The notes under the pieces were generated by a model that worked only from the letters and a program-made list of their open reading frames with translations, searched no databases and was not told where the DNA came from. The position numbers and the translations under genes are program-made. Source: Marispirochaeta sp. (GTDB taxonomy: Bacteria > Spirochaetota > Spirochaetia > JC444 > Marispirochaetaceae). Taken from it: a DNA stretch of 64,000 bases. Positions 18,987 through 29,666 of this stretch are shown here, in pieces (position 1 is the stretch's first letter; every line of letters begins with the position of its first letter). The stretch is taken from the NCBI GenBank assembly GCA_963676835.2, contig CAXXFF010000003.1, forward strand, positions 895,746 through 959,745. The letters are read 5' to 3'.

Positions 18987-21284
18987 TTAATCTCCCGGTA
19001 CTTCTTCGGTAAATCTTTGCAAGTAGACACTGAATACGGTATTCCCCGGACTGCTGGTAAACTCAATACGGCCCTCATGACCGTTGATTATACTCCTGCA
19101 GATATCCAGCCCCAGACCTGTTCCCGTTCCTTCCTGTTTTGTAGAAAAGAAAGGATCGAAAATCTGTTCTTTAATCGCCTCAGGAATACCCGGTCCATTG
19201 TCCCCCACGGAAATTCGGACCATTTCTCCCTCGTCCGCAGTTTCAAGGGTCAACTCCCCTTTATAGGACATTGCCTGAAGGGCATTGTTAATAAGGTTTA
19301 CCAGTACCTGGTTAAGTTGATCCTTGTTTGCCGAGACAGCAGTGCTGCTCAAAAAGTTCCGTTTTATTGTAACACCTTGTTTCAGAGTGTTGTAATAAAT
19401 TATCAGCAAATTTTCGATCTCCCTCACCGGATCAGTTTTTTCCATTCGGTACTGGTGAGTCTTGCGGGAGTAGCTTCCCACGGCGGCCACGGTTATGGAT
19501 GCCTTTGTGGCAGCCTGCCGGATTATAGTCAGGGCCTGAATAATGGAGACAACCTTCATGGCGCCGTTAAGGAGGTCAAACTGCCCGTTCTTTACCAGCC
19601 GGGCAATGCGCTGCTCCTCTTCGGCCAGGCCGTAAGTTATAATACTATCCGCAAGGCTATTAGCATCCTCCACCCCGAGTTCCTCAAAACGCCCGGCCAT
19701 TTCCCGTCGGGCTTTTCTGTCCCCATACAGTGCAATCTCCCGGGATAGATTCCCCGCATGGGTAAAGAGTGCCCTCAAATGATCCTTGTCCTCCGGAGCG
19801 ATCTTCACCAGGGCAGAGAAACTCGTTTCCAGTAACTGGGGGCCGGAACGTTCGATTAAATTGAGAGAAGACTCTATTGCTCCAAGAGGCGTATTAAGCT
19901 CATGGGCGATATTGGCAGCCAGCCGGCCCAGAACCGCAAGCTTCTCTGTTTCAATAACCTTGTCCCGGGTAAGCTCCAGGGTCTTCATAGACTGTTCAAG
20001 CTCGGAGGTTCTCTGATCAACCCGGTCTTCCAGGTCCCGGTTAATCTCTTCATAGCGGGCAAGATAGTGCTGAACCGTATCGGCCATATTATTAAAAGAC
20101 TCAGCAAGACGACCAAGCTCATCACTGCGATGGTACGCAAGCCTGCCTTTGAATTCGCCGGAAGCCATTGCCTCCGTAAGGGCCACCATATCTATTACCG
20201 GACGGCTGAGAACCCGGGCGGAGAGAGAAATGAGGATAAAAATAAGCAGAAAAGCTGCTGCACTGAATACAAGCTGCCATCGTATATTACTATTAATATC
20301 CCGGTAGACATTCTCCATGGGAAGAAAGAGGGCAACATACCAATTACCGCCTGCCTTCCCGAGGCTGACCGGGGTAAACTGAATAAGCATCCAGCCTGAG
20401 GTGGGAGAAAAAAGCTTATCGTAGGCAAAGGAATTCCCATCCCGCATTGAATACATTATCTTTTCAAAGTCATCCCGCGGCAGCTCTTCACCAAAGAGTT
20501 CTCCCACCGCTGATGTCTCCGGATGAGAAAGCTGCATTCCCGTACTGCCGTTGACAAGTATAATGTGTCCGCCATAGGGAACTTCCAGAGACTCAATGAT
20601 GGGTTGAAGCTGCAGGAGATCGATATCAAAACCGGCAACACCCATAAACTTATTGTCCGAATAGATGGGAATACAGAGGCTGGTCTCCAGAATGGTATCA
20701 TCCGCCCTTCCGCTATAGGAATAGAAATAGGGGTCCAGGACCATTTCCAGACCAGTTTGTTTGGGCAGCTGATAAAAATCTCCCAGGTACGTCTCATCGG
20801 TGATTGTTCCCTGCTGAAGAATGCCGCCGGAGTAGTACCAGGTGGCATCAAAGCCTCCATTCGGGGCAGTCAGGGGAGTGCCATGGAACTTGTCAGGATC
20901 ATCCCTCAGAGCCCCGGGCTCCATCTGCATCCAGGCTGCGAGAATATCCGCACGATTCTGAATCAGGCTTCTTCTGACCATATCTGAAAAAAGAAGACGC
21001 CGGCTCTCCGGGGGATATAGTTCATAACCTTCCGCAATATGCACCAATGTTCTTAAGGAGGCAAATTGCCTGTCCAGGAATGCTTCAATCTGCAGGGCAC
21101 AGCTTTCAGCTGCCGCCCTGGTTGAATGGTGAGCAGTATCTTTCAGATCATTATAGATGCGGAAATTAAGCAGAACGATCAGGATAACCGTAGGCAGCAG
21201 GGACGCAAGCCCAATGAGGGTAAGCATCCTGAGAAAAAGGGAATATTTTCGTTCCTTGACTTTTCCTTTCTGATTACCTTTCAC
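18987..21284 (-). CDS. Cache/HAMP sensor histidine kinase
   Basis: TM-dCache (LDPYFY, GVAGFDI)-TM-HAMP, H-box AHELNTPL, NLINNA, DNGPG, GTGLGL. Confidence 0.92.
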   Translation of the reverse strand: MKGNQKGKVKERKYSLFLRMLTLIGLASLLPTVILIVLLNFRIYNDLKDTAHHSTRAAAESCALQIEAFLDRQFASLRTLVHIAEGYELYPPESRRLLFSDMVRRSLIQNRADILAAWMQMEPGALRDDPDKFHGTPLTAPNGGFDATWYYSGGILQQGTITDETYLGDFYQLPKQTGLEMVLDPYFYSYSGRADDTILETSLCIPIYSDNKFMGVAGFDIDLLQLQPIIESLEVPYGGHIILVNGSTGMQLSHPETSAVGELFGEELPRDDFEKIMYSMRDGNSFAYDKLFSPTSGWMLIQFTPVSLGKAGGNWYVALFLPMENVYRDINSNIRWQLVFSAAAFLLIFILISLSARVLSRPVIDMVALTEAMASGEFKGRLAYHRSDELGRLAESFNNMADTVQHYLARYEEINRDLEDRVDQRTSELEQSMKTLELTRDKVIETEKLAVLGRLAANIAHELNTPLGAIESSLNLIERSGPQLLETSFSALVKIAPEDKDHLRALFTHAGNLSREIALYGDRKARREMAGRFEELGVEDANSLADSIITYGLAEEEQRIARLVKNGQFDLLNGAMKVVSIIQALTIIRQAATKASITVAAVGSYSRKTHQYRMEKTDPVREIENLLIIYYNTLKQGVTIKRNFLSSTAVSANKDQLNQVLVNLINNALQAMSYKGELTLETADEGEMVRISVGDNGPGIPEAIKEQIFDPFFSTKQEGTGTGLGLDICRSIINGHEGRIEFTSSPGNTVFSVYLQRFTEEVPGD

Positions 21285-21359
21285 TTCAATTACCGTAATC
21301 CAGTATCGATTCCGGCAATATTAAAGTCAAGAGAATTACTCAGGATTATTCTGCAACCT

Positions 21360-23513
21360 TCATTTTGCAGGATCTGCAAGTTTAAAGCGCCCGGTCAGAT
21401 CATCAACCTTACGGATACTGTCCTGGTTGAGAAGACTCTGCTCCTTGACCGCCAGAACCGCAGAGTCAATCTCTCCGATACCGGTGGTTATCTCCGACAT
21501 TCCTCCGGCTACACTTGTACTTATCTGCTGAAGCTGCTGAAAATCCTGAAGAATCCGGTCACTCCGCTCCTCCATGGAGTTGGATGAGTCCATTACACTC
21601 TGGGTAATCCCGGTAATATCAGCAAGGGCTGACCGTATTTCAGTGGAACTTGCAACCTGTTCCGAAACAGATTTCATGACATCATTCTGAAGACGGTTAA
21701 CCGTCTCCACCAGGTTATTCATTACCTCGAAACTCTCTTCGGTGGACCGAGCGGAAACAACCGAGTCGTTTATATGCCCCTGGATGGACTTCAGATTTTG
21801 TGAGATTGACTTCGAATGAGCCGAGGCATTCTCTGCAAGCTTGCGGATTTCATCTGCCACAACAGCAAACCCCCGCCCGGCCTCACCGGCATGGGCAGCC
21901 TCAATTGCAGCATTCATTGCCAGCAAATTGGTCTGGGATGCAATACTGAATATCAGAGTATTTGCATCAGCCAGCTGTTCCGACTGGCGGGCAATAGTAT
22001 CAATCTGACTCGTAACCTGATTCAGATTTTCCCGGCCGCTTTTTGATGAGACAACCAGCTGACTGATCTGCTCACTGGTCTGCTCTGTAAGAGTCTGTTC
22101 CACCCGGATGTTGTTCAAGAGCATCTCTATCGAAGCTGAAGACTGGGTTACACCGGCGGCCTGGCCCTCTATCTGCCCGTGGAGGTCCTTGAGACTATTC
22201 AGGAATGTGCCCAACACATCCATCGATTTTGACACAGTATCGTTTTGAATATCCACCTGCTTTTCCATATTTGTCAGAATGGATGAAATCTCAGCTTCCG
22301 CGGCGGCTGTCTCTTCCATGCTGCCCGCAAGTTCGGTGCTTATATTCTCAAGATTACGGATCTCCTTTATAACATCACCGATAAGTCCGTTCAGACTCAG
22401 AATAAAGGCATTGAAATTGCCTGAAAGCCGGGCTATTTCATCCCGGCCCCTGCTGGGCAGGGTAATGGATAAATCGCCCTCCCCTTCGGCCATTCTTGAA
22501 AGCAGCATCCCCATCTGATTGAGGGGAGCGGTAATTGCGCGGATAAATATATAACTTAATACCAGAATAAGAACCAGAAGTACCGCTAAGGCAATAAAGG
22601 TAAAATTAAGAGAGGATATTATACCGTCGAGAATCGTCTGGTTAAAACTTCGTGTTTCATCTATCTCCCTCAGGGTAACAGCGTTTATACGTTGAACAAC
22701 GTCTGTTGCGTTTTCCCAGAACTCTTCATATTCCTGCCTGTAACTACCCCTTCCTGCATAGTTGAGAATCTCCTTCAGGGTGTCGGTTATGAAAATCCAT
22801 GAAGTGGAAGAATACAAAGCTCTGATCTCCATCGTAGAATCACTGCTAAGCACAAGTCCGGGGCTTGATAGAGAGAGGGATACCGCCTCGTAATCACTGA
22901 TCAGGGTAAAGAGCATATGCTGATTCACCGGTTCATCTGCAGAAAGAACTCCGGAGCTGTACCCTCTGAACCGCCCGGCACCTTCCTGGGCGTTAGCCAG
23001 AATCATCATTGAAACTATCCGCTTACCAATTCCACCGGTGGTCTTTCGGGAAGCGATCTCGCTGTTGGCCAGGAAGAGGGTATTAACCATCTCGGAATAG
23101 TACTCCATGACACCGGCAATGGAGATATTGCGGGAATTAGCCCGGACCCTAATGCTCTTTAGATCATCATTAATTCCGTTAAGCTGGTTAAGGGTCTCTT
23201 CAGACAGCAGCGAATAAAATATGCTGCCCTGCAGAACCTGGACTTTGCCGTCCGTTGCATTCCTCAATTCCTTCAGCTTCTCCATGTTTGTACTCCCACC
23301 AACATAAGCAGAAGATGTACCACGCTCAACCTGCAGGGCACCAATAAGTGCAAAGCTCTTCTCCATAAAATCAAGGTAGCTGTTCTGTGACTTTATGATA
23401 GCAAGCTCCTGAATACTCTTCAGAGAAGATGAAGTTCCAAGGACAACAAATGCTGCAAAGGGAATGAATACCAGTAACAGAAGTTTTTTTCTAAGAGATA
23501 GGTGTATTTGCAT
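21360..23513 (-). CDS. Methyl-accepting chemotaxis protein with NIT-like sensor domain (paralog 1)
   Basis: LQVERGTS...AGRFRG NIT-like motifs, [39 protein letters not shown]; start moved to ATG 23513 based on RBS. Confidence 0.92.
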   Translation of the reverse strand: MQIHLSLRKKLLLLVFIPFAAFVVLGTSSSLKSIQELAIIKSQNSYLDFMEKSFALIGALQVERGTSSAYVGGSTNMEKLKELRNATDGKVQVLQGSIFYSLLSEETLNQLNGINDDLKSIRVRANSRNISIAGVMEYYSEMVNTLFLANSEIASRKTTGGIGKRIVSMMILANAQEGAGRFRGYSSGVLSADEPVNQHMLFTLISDYEAVSLSLSSPGLVLSSDSTMEIRALYSSTSWIFITDTLKEILNYAGRGSYRQEYEEFWENATDVVQRINAVTLREIDETRSFNQTILDGIISSLNFTFIALAVLLVLILVLSYIFIRAITAPLNQMGMLLSRMAEGEGDLSITLPSRGRDEIARLSGNFNAFILSLNGLIGDVIKEIRNLENISTELAGSMEETAAAEAEISSILTNMEKQVDIQNDTVSKSMDVLGTFLNSLKDLHGQIEGQAAGVTQSSASIEMLLNNIRVEQTLTEQTSEQISQLVVSSKSGRENLNQVTSQIDTIARQSEQLADANTLIFSIASQTNLLAMNAAIEAAHAGEAGRGFAVVADEIRKLAENASAHSKSISQNLKSIQGHINDSVVSARSTEESFEVMNNLVETVNRLQNDVMKSVSEQVASSTEIRSALADITGITQSVMDSSNSMEERSDRILQDFQQLQQISTSVAGGMSEITTGIGEIDSAVLAVKEQSLLNQDSIRKVDDLTGRFKLADPAK

Positions 23514-23548
23514 AAAAACATCCACAAAAGAATAGATCGTTAACAAAA

Positions 23549-23577
23549 ATTATCGAAAGTGCTGGTGCAGATGTCAA
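23549..23577 (-). promoter_or_regulatory. Sigma70-type promoter of MCP paralog 1
   Basis: TTGACA-N17-GATAAT on the minus strand. Confidence 0.55.
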
Positions 23578-23807
23578 ATTCTACAATCGATAAAAGTATC
23601 AATAGAGCAGTAGAATCTATACAGTCGAAAATACAGGAGAAGAGAAACAGTGAGTTTATCTGTATACCGAAAATCCTGCAGACATAAGCTCTTAAGCCAG
23701 GTCCTGCAGGATTCTCTATTAGACAAAAGGTTTTATAGCATGAAGTTCCGGCAGGGGGTCTTTATCGCTTTTCCATATCAGCCCTCAGCCTGATTCTCTG
23801 ATGAGGA

Positions 23808-25979
23808 TTACTTACTCCCTGTTTCAACCCGGTGGGTATTTGCAAGCTTGAATCTTCCTGTCAGTTCATCAACTTTACGGATACTGTCCTGGTTGAGGAT
23901 ACTCTGCTCTTTGACTGCCAGAACTGCTGCGTCGATCTCGCTGATACCGGTGGTAATCTCGGTCATTCCCCCGGCAACGGATGCACTGATCTGCTGGAGC
24001 TGCTGAAAATCGTTGAGAACCTGTCCGCTCCGCTCTTCCATGGAAGAGGATGAGTCAATAACATTCTGTGTGATCTGTGTAATACTAGACAGGGCTGTAC
24101 GAATTTCCGAAGACCCCGCATCCTGTTCCGCAACGGACTGCATCACCTCCCCCTGCAGCCTGCTTACAGTCTCGATCAGGTTGTTCATTACTCCAAAACT
24201 CTCTTCGGTGGAACGTGCGGAAACAACCGACTTGTCAATCCTGCCCTGAATAGCCTTCAGGTTCTGGGAGATTGATTTAGACTGGGTGGATGCATTTTCC
24301 GCGAGCTTGCGGATTTCATCCGCAACAACCGCAAAACCGCGGCCAGCTTCCCCGGCGTGGGCAGCCTCGATGGCGGCATTCATGGCCAGAAGATTTGTCT
24401 GGGAGGCGATGTTGTATATGAGAGTATTGGCATCGGCCAGCTGTTCCGACTGGCGGGCAATGGTATCTATCTCGGTGGTTACCTCGTTAAGGTTTTCCCG
24501 GCCGCTTTGTGCAGCGGCTACAAGCTGAATAATCTGCTCGTTGGTCATTTCGGATATTTCCTGCTCAGCCCGAATGCTGTTCAGAAGCATTTCAATGGAA
24601 GCGGAAGACTGGGTTACCGCCGCCGCCTGATCTTCTATCTGACTGTGGAGCTGGGTAAGACTCTGGAGGAATGAGCGGAGAACATCTATGGACTGGGAAA
24701 CCGTGGAGTTCTGCGCATCCACCTGCTTCTCCATGCTGGTAAGAATGCTGGAAATTTCCGCCTCTGCAGCGGCGGTCTGTTCCATGCTGCCCGCAAGCTC
24801 ACTGCTTATGGAGTCCAGTGTCCGCACCTCGGAGACTACATCACCAATCAGACCGTTAAGGCTTAAAATAAAGGCGTTAAAGTTTGCCGATAATTTTGCG
24901 ATCTCATCCCTGCCGGAACTGGGAAGGGTAACTGAAAGATCTCCCTCACCTTCGGCAATTTCCTTTAACAGATTACCCATCTGGTTGAGGGGGGTGGTAA
25001 TTGCCCGGATAAAGAGAAAACTGAGTAGAACGATTATCACCAGGGGGATAATGAAAGTAAGCAGAGTATTCCTGAGAGCTGCCTTCAGCCCTGAAAGAAT
25101 GTTCTGGTTAAACGACTTTGTCTCTTCAATCTCCCTGCCGCTTATGGTACTGATACGGTTAACAACCTCCGTGGCATTAGTCCAGAACTCTTCATATTCC
25201 TGCCGATAGTTTCCGACATCTGCCGCATTGATAATTTCCCGTAAAGTGTCCTTTACAAATAACCATGAAGCCGAGTTCCAGAGGCTGCTTTTTTCAGCAA
25301 ACGACTCTTCCGAGAGAACAAGTCCGGGACTGTCCAGAGACTGAAGTATTGCTTCGTAGTCGCTTATAAGGGTAAAGAGCATCAGCTGGTTGATAGGTGC
25401 GTCACTGGCAAGAATTCCCGAGGTATATCCCCTGAAACGTCCCGCTCCCTCCTGGGCTTCTGCAAGAATCATCAGGGAGACCAGTCGCTTACCTATTCCC
25501 CCGGAAGTTTTCCTGGATGCTATTTCACCGGTTGCTGTAAAAAGCTGATCAACCAGACCGGAATAATAGGTCATTATGCTGGAAAATGAAACATTCCGTG
25601 AGTCTGTCCGGGTTCTGATATTCTTGATATCTCCGGAAAATGCAGCGAGGAAAGCTCTGGATTCAGCAGACAGGTATGTATCAAAACCTCCCTGCAGAAG
25701 GACATTCAGCCGTTGATCGGTTTCAGTCCGAGTCTCTTTCACCTTCGCAAGGCTGGATCCTCCTCCAACAAAAGTTGAGGAAGTACCTCTTTCAACCTGG
25801 ATGGCATGCACCAGGGCAAAGCTCTTTTCAATAAAATCAAGATAGGCATTCTGCGAACTCATAATGGAAAGCTGCTGCAGGTTTGAAAGTGAAGCCATGG
25901 CTCCCTGGTAGGCAAATGCAATAAAAGGAATTATTACCAGAATTAAAAGCTTGCTTCTCAGCGATAGGTGAAGTTTCAT
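23808..25979 (-). CDS. Methyl-accepting chemotaxis protein with NIT-like sensor domain (paralog 2)
   Basis: Colinear with paralog 1 over the full length; start ATG 25979 behind GGGAG. Confidence 0.92.
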   Translation of the reverse strand: MKLHLSLRSKLLILVIIPFIAFAYQGAMASLSNLQQLSIMSSQNAYLDFIEKSFALVHAIQVERGTSSTFVGGGSSLAKVKETRTETDQRLNVLLQGGFDTYLSAESRAFLAAFSGDIKNIRTRTDSRNVSFSSIMTYYSGLVDQLFTATGEIASRKTSGGIGKRLVSLMILAEAQEGAGRFRGYTSGILASDAPINQLMLFTLISDYEAILQSLDSPGLVLSEESFAEKSSLWNSASWLFVKDTLREIINAADVGNYRQEYEEFWTNATEVVNRISTISGREIEETKSFNQNILSGLKAALRNTLLTFIIPLVIIVLLSFLFIRAITTPLNQMGNLLKEIAEGEGDLSVTLPSSGRDEIAKLSANFNAFILSLNGLIGDVVSEVRTLDSISSELAGSMEQTAAAEAEISSILTSMEKQVDAQNSTVSQSIDVLRSFLQSLTQLHSQIEDQAAAVTQSSASIEMLLNSIRAEQEISEMTNEQIIQLVAAAQSGRENLNEVTTEIDTIARQSEQLADANTLIYNIASQTNLLAMNAAIEAAHAGEAGRGFAVVADEIRKLAENASTQSKSISQNLKAIQGRIDKSVVSARSTEESFGVMNNLIETVSRLQGEVMQSVAEQDAGSSEIRTALSSITQITQNVIDSSSSMEERSGQVLNDFQQLQQISASVAGGMTEITTGISEIDAAVLAVKEQSILNQDSIRKVDELTGRFKLANTHRVETGSK

Positions 25980-26013
25980 AGGGCTCCCTGACACATAAAT
26001 TAGACCATTAAAA

Positions 26014-26041
26014 GTATCGGCATTATATATGGGAATGTTGA
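26014..26041 (-). promoter_or_regulatory. Sigma28 (FliA)-type promoter of MCP paralog 2
   Basis: TCAA-N16-GCCGATAC on the minus strand. Confidence 0.5.
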
Positions 26042-26058
26042 TTTACCCCGCAAAAGTA

Positions 26059-26116
26059 TTGACTTATTTTGCGCCGCAAAGTAACTTTGCATTACAAAGC
26101 AACTTTGCAGTGCAAA
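26059..26116 (+). promoter_or_regulatory. Sigma70 promoter overlapped by three tandem TTTGC-N3-RCAAA operators
   Basis: TTGACT-N17-TAACTT; palindromes at 26068-26080, 26086-26098 and 26104-26116 (18-bp period). Confidence 0.65.
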
Positions 26117-26138
26117 CATCAGAAGATCTGGAGTGTTT

Positions 26139-26741
26139 ATGAAAGAAGATCCGGAAAAAATGAACAGCTACCTGAAGGACCTTCAGGAGATATCCGACCT
26201 GGCCAGGAGAAACGACGAAAATCCCCTGGTGGAATACTGGGACTTTATCTCCTGGGGCATACTGCTTATTATCGGAACCCTGCTTCATTCTCTGTTTTTT
26301 CCACGACAGCTGAACCATGCTCTTCTTGTTATCTGGCTTCCGATAATTCTTGTCGGGGGAGTTGTGGAAAGTCTGGCATGGGCGGCAATGGTAAAAAAAC
26401 TGCAGGTCCCCCTTACCAACAGGCATAACCGGAGAAAATACATCTCTCTACTGACAGTTTTTACTGCAGTCTGCATCAGCTTTTTCTATATCATTCATCT
26501 GAACGGCCCGGTTCCTGGACTTATGCTCATACTGCTCTCCATTCTTTTCGCAATGATTGTACAGATGAGTTATTTTGCCCTGATCGCAGAAACCCTGATA
26601 ACCCTGGCAGCAGGAATTATCCTGACAGTTCTCGACGTTCACGGAACCGCAATAACCACCGCAACAGGCATCTATACGGGCTGTGTTTTTCTGATTATGG
26701 GTTTACACGCCCGTTATCTGGAAAAGAAGCATGGAAACTGA
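26139..26741 (+). CDS. Hypothetical multi-pass membrane protein
   Basis: About six hydrophobic segments; first gene of the operon. Confidence 0.82.
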   Translation: MKEDPEKMNSYLKDLQEISDLARRNDENPLVEYWDFISWGILLIIGTLLHSLFFPRQLNHALLVIWLPIILVGGVVESLAWAAMVKKLQVPLTNRHNRRKYISLLTVFTAVCISFFYIIHLNGPVPGLMLILLSILFAMIVQMSYFALIAETLITLAAGIILTVLDVHGTAITTATGIYTGCVFLIMGLHARYLEKKHGN

Positions 26742-26743
26742 AG

Positions 26744-27064
26744 ATGATGGAACTGTTTACCCGCTTTGATGCGGTCTTTTTTGAAAAAACACGGCTCAGC
26801 CTGCTTACCCTGATAATCCAGGAAGAGGAAGCCGCTTTCAACCGACTGAAGCTCCGACTGAAAATGAGTGACGGTGCCCTCTACACCCACCTGGAAAAGC
26901 TTATTAACGCAGGTTATGTGGAGAAAAAGAAACAGATAGCCGGCACAAATGTCCAGACTGTGTACAGCGCAACAGAAAGCGGGAAGCAGCAGTTTTCGGA
27001 ATATCTGCTCTTTATGGAGGAGATGATAAAGAACGGACAAAACACCCGAAAGGAGGAACAATGA
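26744..27064 (+). CDS. Winged-helix transcriptional regulator (HTH_34/MarR-ArsR-like)
   Basis: EKTRLSLL...FNRLK..LKMSDGALYTHLEKLINAGYV...TESGK. Confidence 0.88.
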   Translation: MMELFTRFDAVFFEKTRLSLLTLIIQEEEAAFNRLKLRLKMSDGALYTHLEKLINAGYVEKKKQIAGTNVQTVYSATESGKQQFSEYLLFMEEMIKNGQNTRKEEQ

Positions 27065-27825
27065 AAACCAAAACCATAATCGCAGCCCTGATATTTATGA
27101 CCGCCCTGACAGGTTTACCTCTCTTCTCAAATCCGGCAGATGCGGACAGCCTGCTGCGGAAAGTGGAACAGGTTATCAACCCGGAAATCTACTCTTCTGT
27201 AATGCAGATCTCCACACAAAAACCGGGGCAGAGAGATTCCGAAATCGGGATGAATATTCTGTATAAGGAAGGATCCGGCTCTTTTATAGAGATGACAGAA
27301 CCCGCGAGAAGCCGGGGAATCCGCATGCTGGAGCTGGATTCAAGCCTCTATCTCTACAATCCCAAATCAAACAGCCGCAGGCCAATCCGCCTTTCACCGG
27401 AACAGTCATTTCAGGGAACGGTATTCAGCAATAACGATGTTTCCGACCCCCGCTACAGCGATGATTACAATGCTCAACTCTCCGGGGAGGAACTAATAGA
27501 CCATCCCGATTTCGGCAAAACTCAGTGCCTGGTCCTCACAGCGGAGGCCAAAACACGGGAAGCACCCTACGGAAAAATTGTTATCTGGATCCACAAGGAG
27601 AAACTGATTCCCCTGAAATTTGACTATTATGCAAAATCGGGACTGCTGTTTAAAACCATGATCCTGAAGGACTACCGTCAGATGGCAGGCGATTTACGGC
27701 CGGCAACCATGCATATGGATTCTCTGGAGCTGGAAGGAGCCTGGTCTGAAGTAAAGATAGAGTCCATGGAAGCACTGAAAGACATTCCCGACAGCCGCTT
27801 CTCCACGGCAGCATTGATACGATGA
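27061..27825 (+). CDS. Outer-membrane lipoprotein-sorting (LolA-like) protein
   Basis: Signal peptide; EPARSRG..ML, LYLYNP, SFQGTVFSNND, YGKIVIWI, DYYAKSGLLFKT. Confidence 0.85.
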   Translation: MKTKTIIAALIFMTALTGLPLFSNPADADSLLRKVEQVINPEIYSSVMQISTQKPGQRDSEIGMNILYKEGSGSFIEMTEPARSRGIRMLELDSSLYLYNPKSNSRRPIRLSPEQSFQGTVFSNNDVSDPRYSDDYNAQLSGEELIDHPDFGKTQCLVLTAEAKTREAPYGKIVIWIHKEKLIPLKFDYYAKSGLLFKTMILKDYRQMAGDLRPATMHMDSLELEGAWSEVKIESMEALKDIPDSRFSTAALIR

Positions 27826-28964
27826 AAACAGCATTCAGAAGGGTTCTGCTGTCACTGCTGCTGATTCCCCTTATTCCCGCCTACTCTCAGGACTACTCAC
27901 TCTTCGGTCAGATTGAGATGGAAGGGACGTACTCAGGCGATCTTGAGTCACAGCTTTCTGTCGAGGCAGACCATTCTTTAGACTATGAAAACTTCAGCTT
28001 CCGTATGCGCCACAAGCTGAGTCTGGACGAACAGGAAACACCTGAGCACCAGCTCAATGAAGCCTATATTTCATGGTATACGATTCCCGAGTTGACCATT
28101 ACCACCGGAAAACAGCGCCTTCCCTGGGGAAGAGGCACCGCCTTCTTTCCCACCGACACCCTGCATCCCTCCCACACCAGAGAAGATGTGGAAGGCTTCA
28201 CCGGCCTCAGCGCTGTCTACAACCCGAACCTGAGAGTCCAGATAAACAGCGCAGTGGATTTTTCCGCCCCCCTGGAAGCCGCAGCAGGTAGCAGTGAAAA
28301 CAGTGATTTCTACACCAGCCTTAAATATGCTTCATATGTTTCGTTTACCGCAGGCACTGCAGATATTGCCCTGTCTGGAGTATACCGCAACGGGGAAACC
28401 CTCCGGCCCGGTGCTGGAATATCCCTCGACGCGTGGGGCTTCATACTCAGTTCCGAAGCGGCTGTTGAAATGGCAGGGGGGAATGTTTATCCCGACCCGA
28501 CGGCTTTAAGCTTCAACAAAGCGGATACTCCGCTGATGCTGGTTTCTGGAGGTATACGAAAAACCCATATTCCCGAAAGCCTGCCGGACCTCTCTCTTAC
28601 CGCAGCCTGTGAATATCTCTACGCCGGTACAGGCTATTCCGAATCAGAGAGGAAACGCTATGTTGAACTTGCTGCCCTGGGTGTTGAACCGGATGGTACA
28701 CTGCCGACACTGGGCAGACAGTATGTTTTTATCCTGGCCGGGGTGGAACTGCTGAACAGTTTCAGCCTCGAGTTAGCGGCTACTGCCGGACTGCCGGACT
28801 ACTCTGCACTCTACAGTGCAGAGTTGAAACTTCTCACAATCCCGGGAGTCGATTTAAGCGCCGGGGCGGAAGTTCCCACCGGCAGCAGCGACAGTGAATT
28901 TGGTTTAATGAAAGCTCTTTACGGTGATTACCGTATCAACCTGGGTACAACCATCTACTTCTAA
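27822..28964 (+). CDS. Hypothetical exported protein, probable outer-membrane beta-barrel
   Basis: Signal peptide, LNEAYI, TTGKQRLPWG..F.PTD motif, C-terminal aromatic (TIYF). Confidence 0.72.
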   Translation: MKTAFRRVLLSLLLIPLIPAYSQDYSLFGQIEMEGTYSGDLESQLSVEADHSLDYENFSFRMRHKLSLDEQETPEHQLNEAYISWYTIPELTITTGKQRLPWGRGTAFFPTDTLHPSHTREDVEGFTGLSAVYNPNLRVQINSAVDFSAPLEAAAGSSENSDFYTSLKYASYVSFTAGTADIALSGVYRNGETLRPGAGISLDAWGFILSSEAAVEMAGGNVYPDPTALSFNKADTPLMLVSGGIRKTHIPESLPDLSLTAACEYLYAGTGYSESERKRYVELAALGVEPDGTLPTLGRQYVFILAGVELLNSFSLELAATAGLPDYSALYSAELKLLTIPGVDLSAGAEVPTGSSDSEFGLMKALYGDYRINLGTTIYF

Positions 28965-28973
28965 GGAGAAAAA

Positions 28974-29666
28974 ATGGCACTGCTTGAAATAACCGATGTA
29001 CGAAAAGAGTATTACCTTGGAAAAACCGTTATTCCCGCTCTAAAAGGTGTCAGCTTCCGGGTGGAACCGGGAGACTTCATTTCCATTGTCGGGCCTTCGG
29101 GATGCGGAAAAACCACCCTGCTTAACATTCTCGGCTGTATCGATAAACCCAGCGGAGGAGAAGTTCTCTTCGACGGCAAAAACCTGGCGGATCTTTCGGA
29201 CAACCAGGAAGCCGAGATCCGTCTGGAGCAGATCGGTTTCATCTTTCAGTCCTTCAACCTTGTACCGGTACTCAGCTGTTTTGAAAACATTGAATTTCCC
29301 CTGATTCTTGCAGGGGTAAATAAAAAAGAACGGAAAGAGCGGGTTGATCACCTGGTTTCCCTTGTCGGGCTTGAAGAGTTTTCAGCCCACCGTCCGGATG
29401 AACTCTCCGGAGGACAGCGCCAGAGGGTCGCCATTGCCCGGGCACTTATAAACCGCCCTTCTCTGATAATCGCCGATGAGCCTACGGCAAACCTCGATTC
29501 CGAAACGGGAGACATGATTCTTGAAACCATGGCGCGGCTGAACAGGGAAGAAAAGGTTACTTTTATATTCTCCACCCATAATCCGGAAATAATGAACTAT
29601 GCCCGGAAAATCATCCGGCTCAGGGACGGCCTTGTGCAGAAAATAGAAACCGGGGTCAATAAATGA
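28974..29666 (+). CDS. ABC transporter ATP-binding protein (LolD/MacB family)
   Basis: GPSGCGKTT, LSGGQRQRVAIARAL, IADEPTANLD, STH. Confidence 0.95.
   Translation: MALLEITDVRKEYYLGKTVIPALKGVSFRVEPGDFISIVGPSGCGKTTLLNILGCIDKPSGGEVLFDGKNLADLSDNQEAEIRLEQIGFIFQSFNLVPVLSCFENIEFPLILAGVNKKERKERVDHLVSLVGLEEFSAHRPDELSGGQRQRVAIARALINRPSLIIADEPTANLDSETGDMILETMARLNREEKVTFIFSTHNPEIMNYARKIIRLRDGLVQKIETGVNK

Noticed and set aside
23783..23830. Hammerhead ribozyme (CTGATGA seen)
   Set aside because: No stem II followed by GAAA; it fits a simple hairpin after the MCP stop codon.
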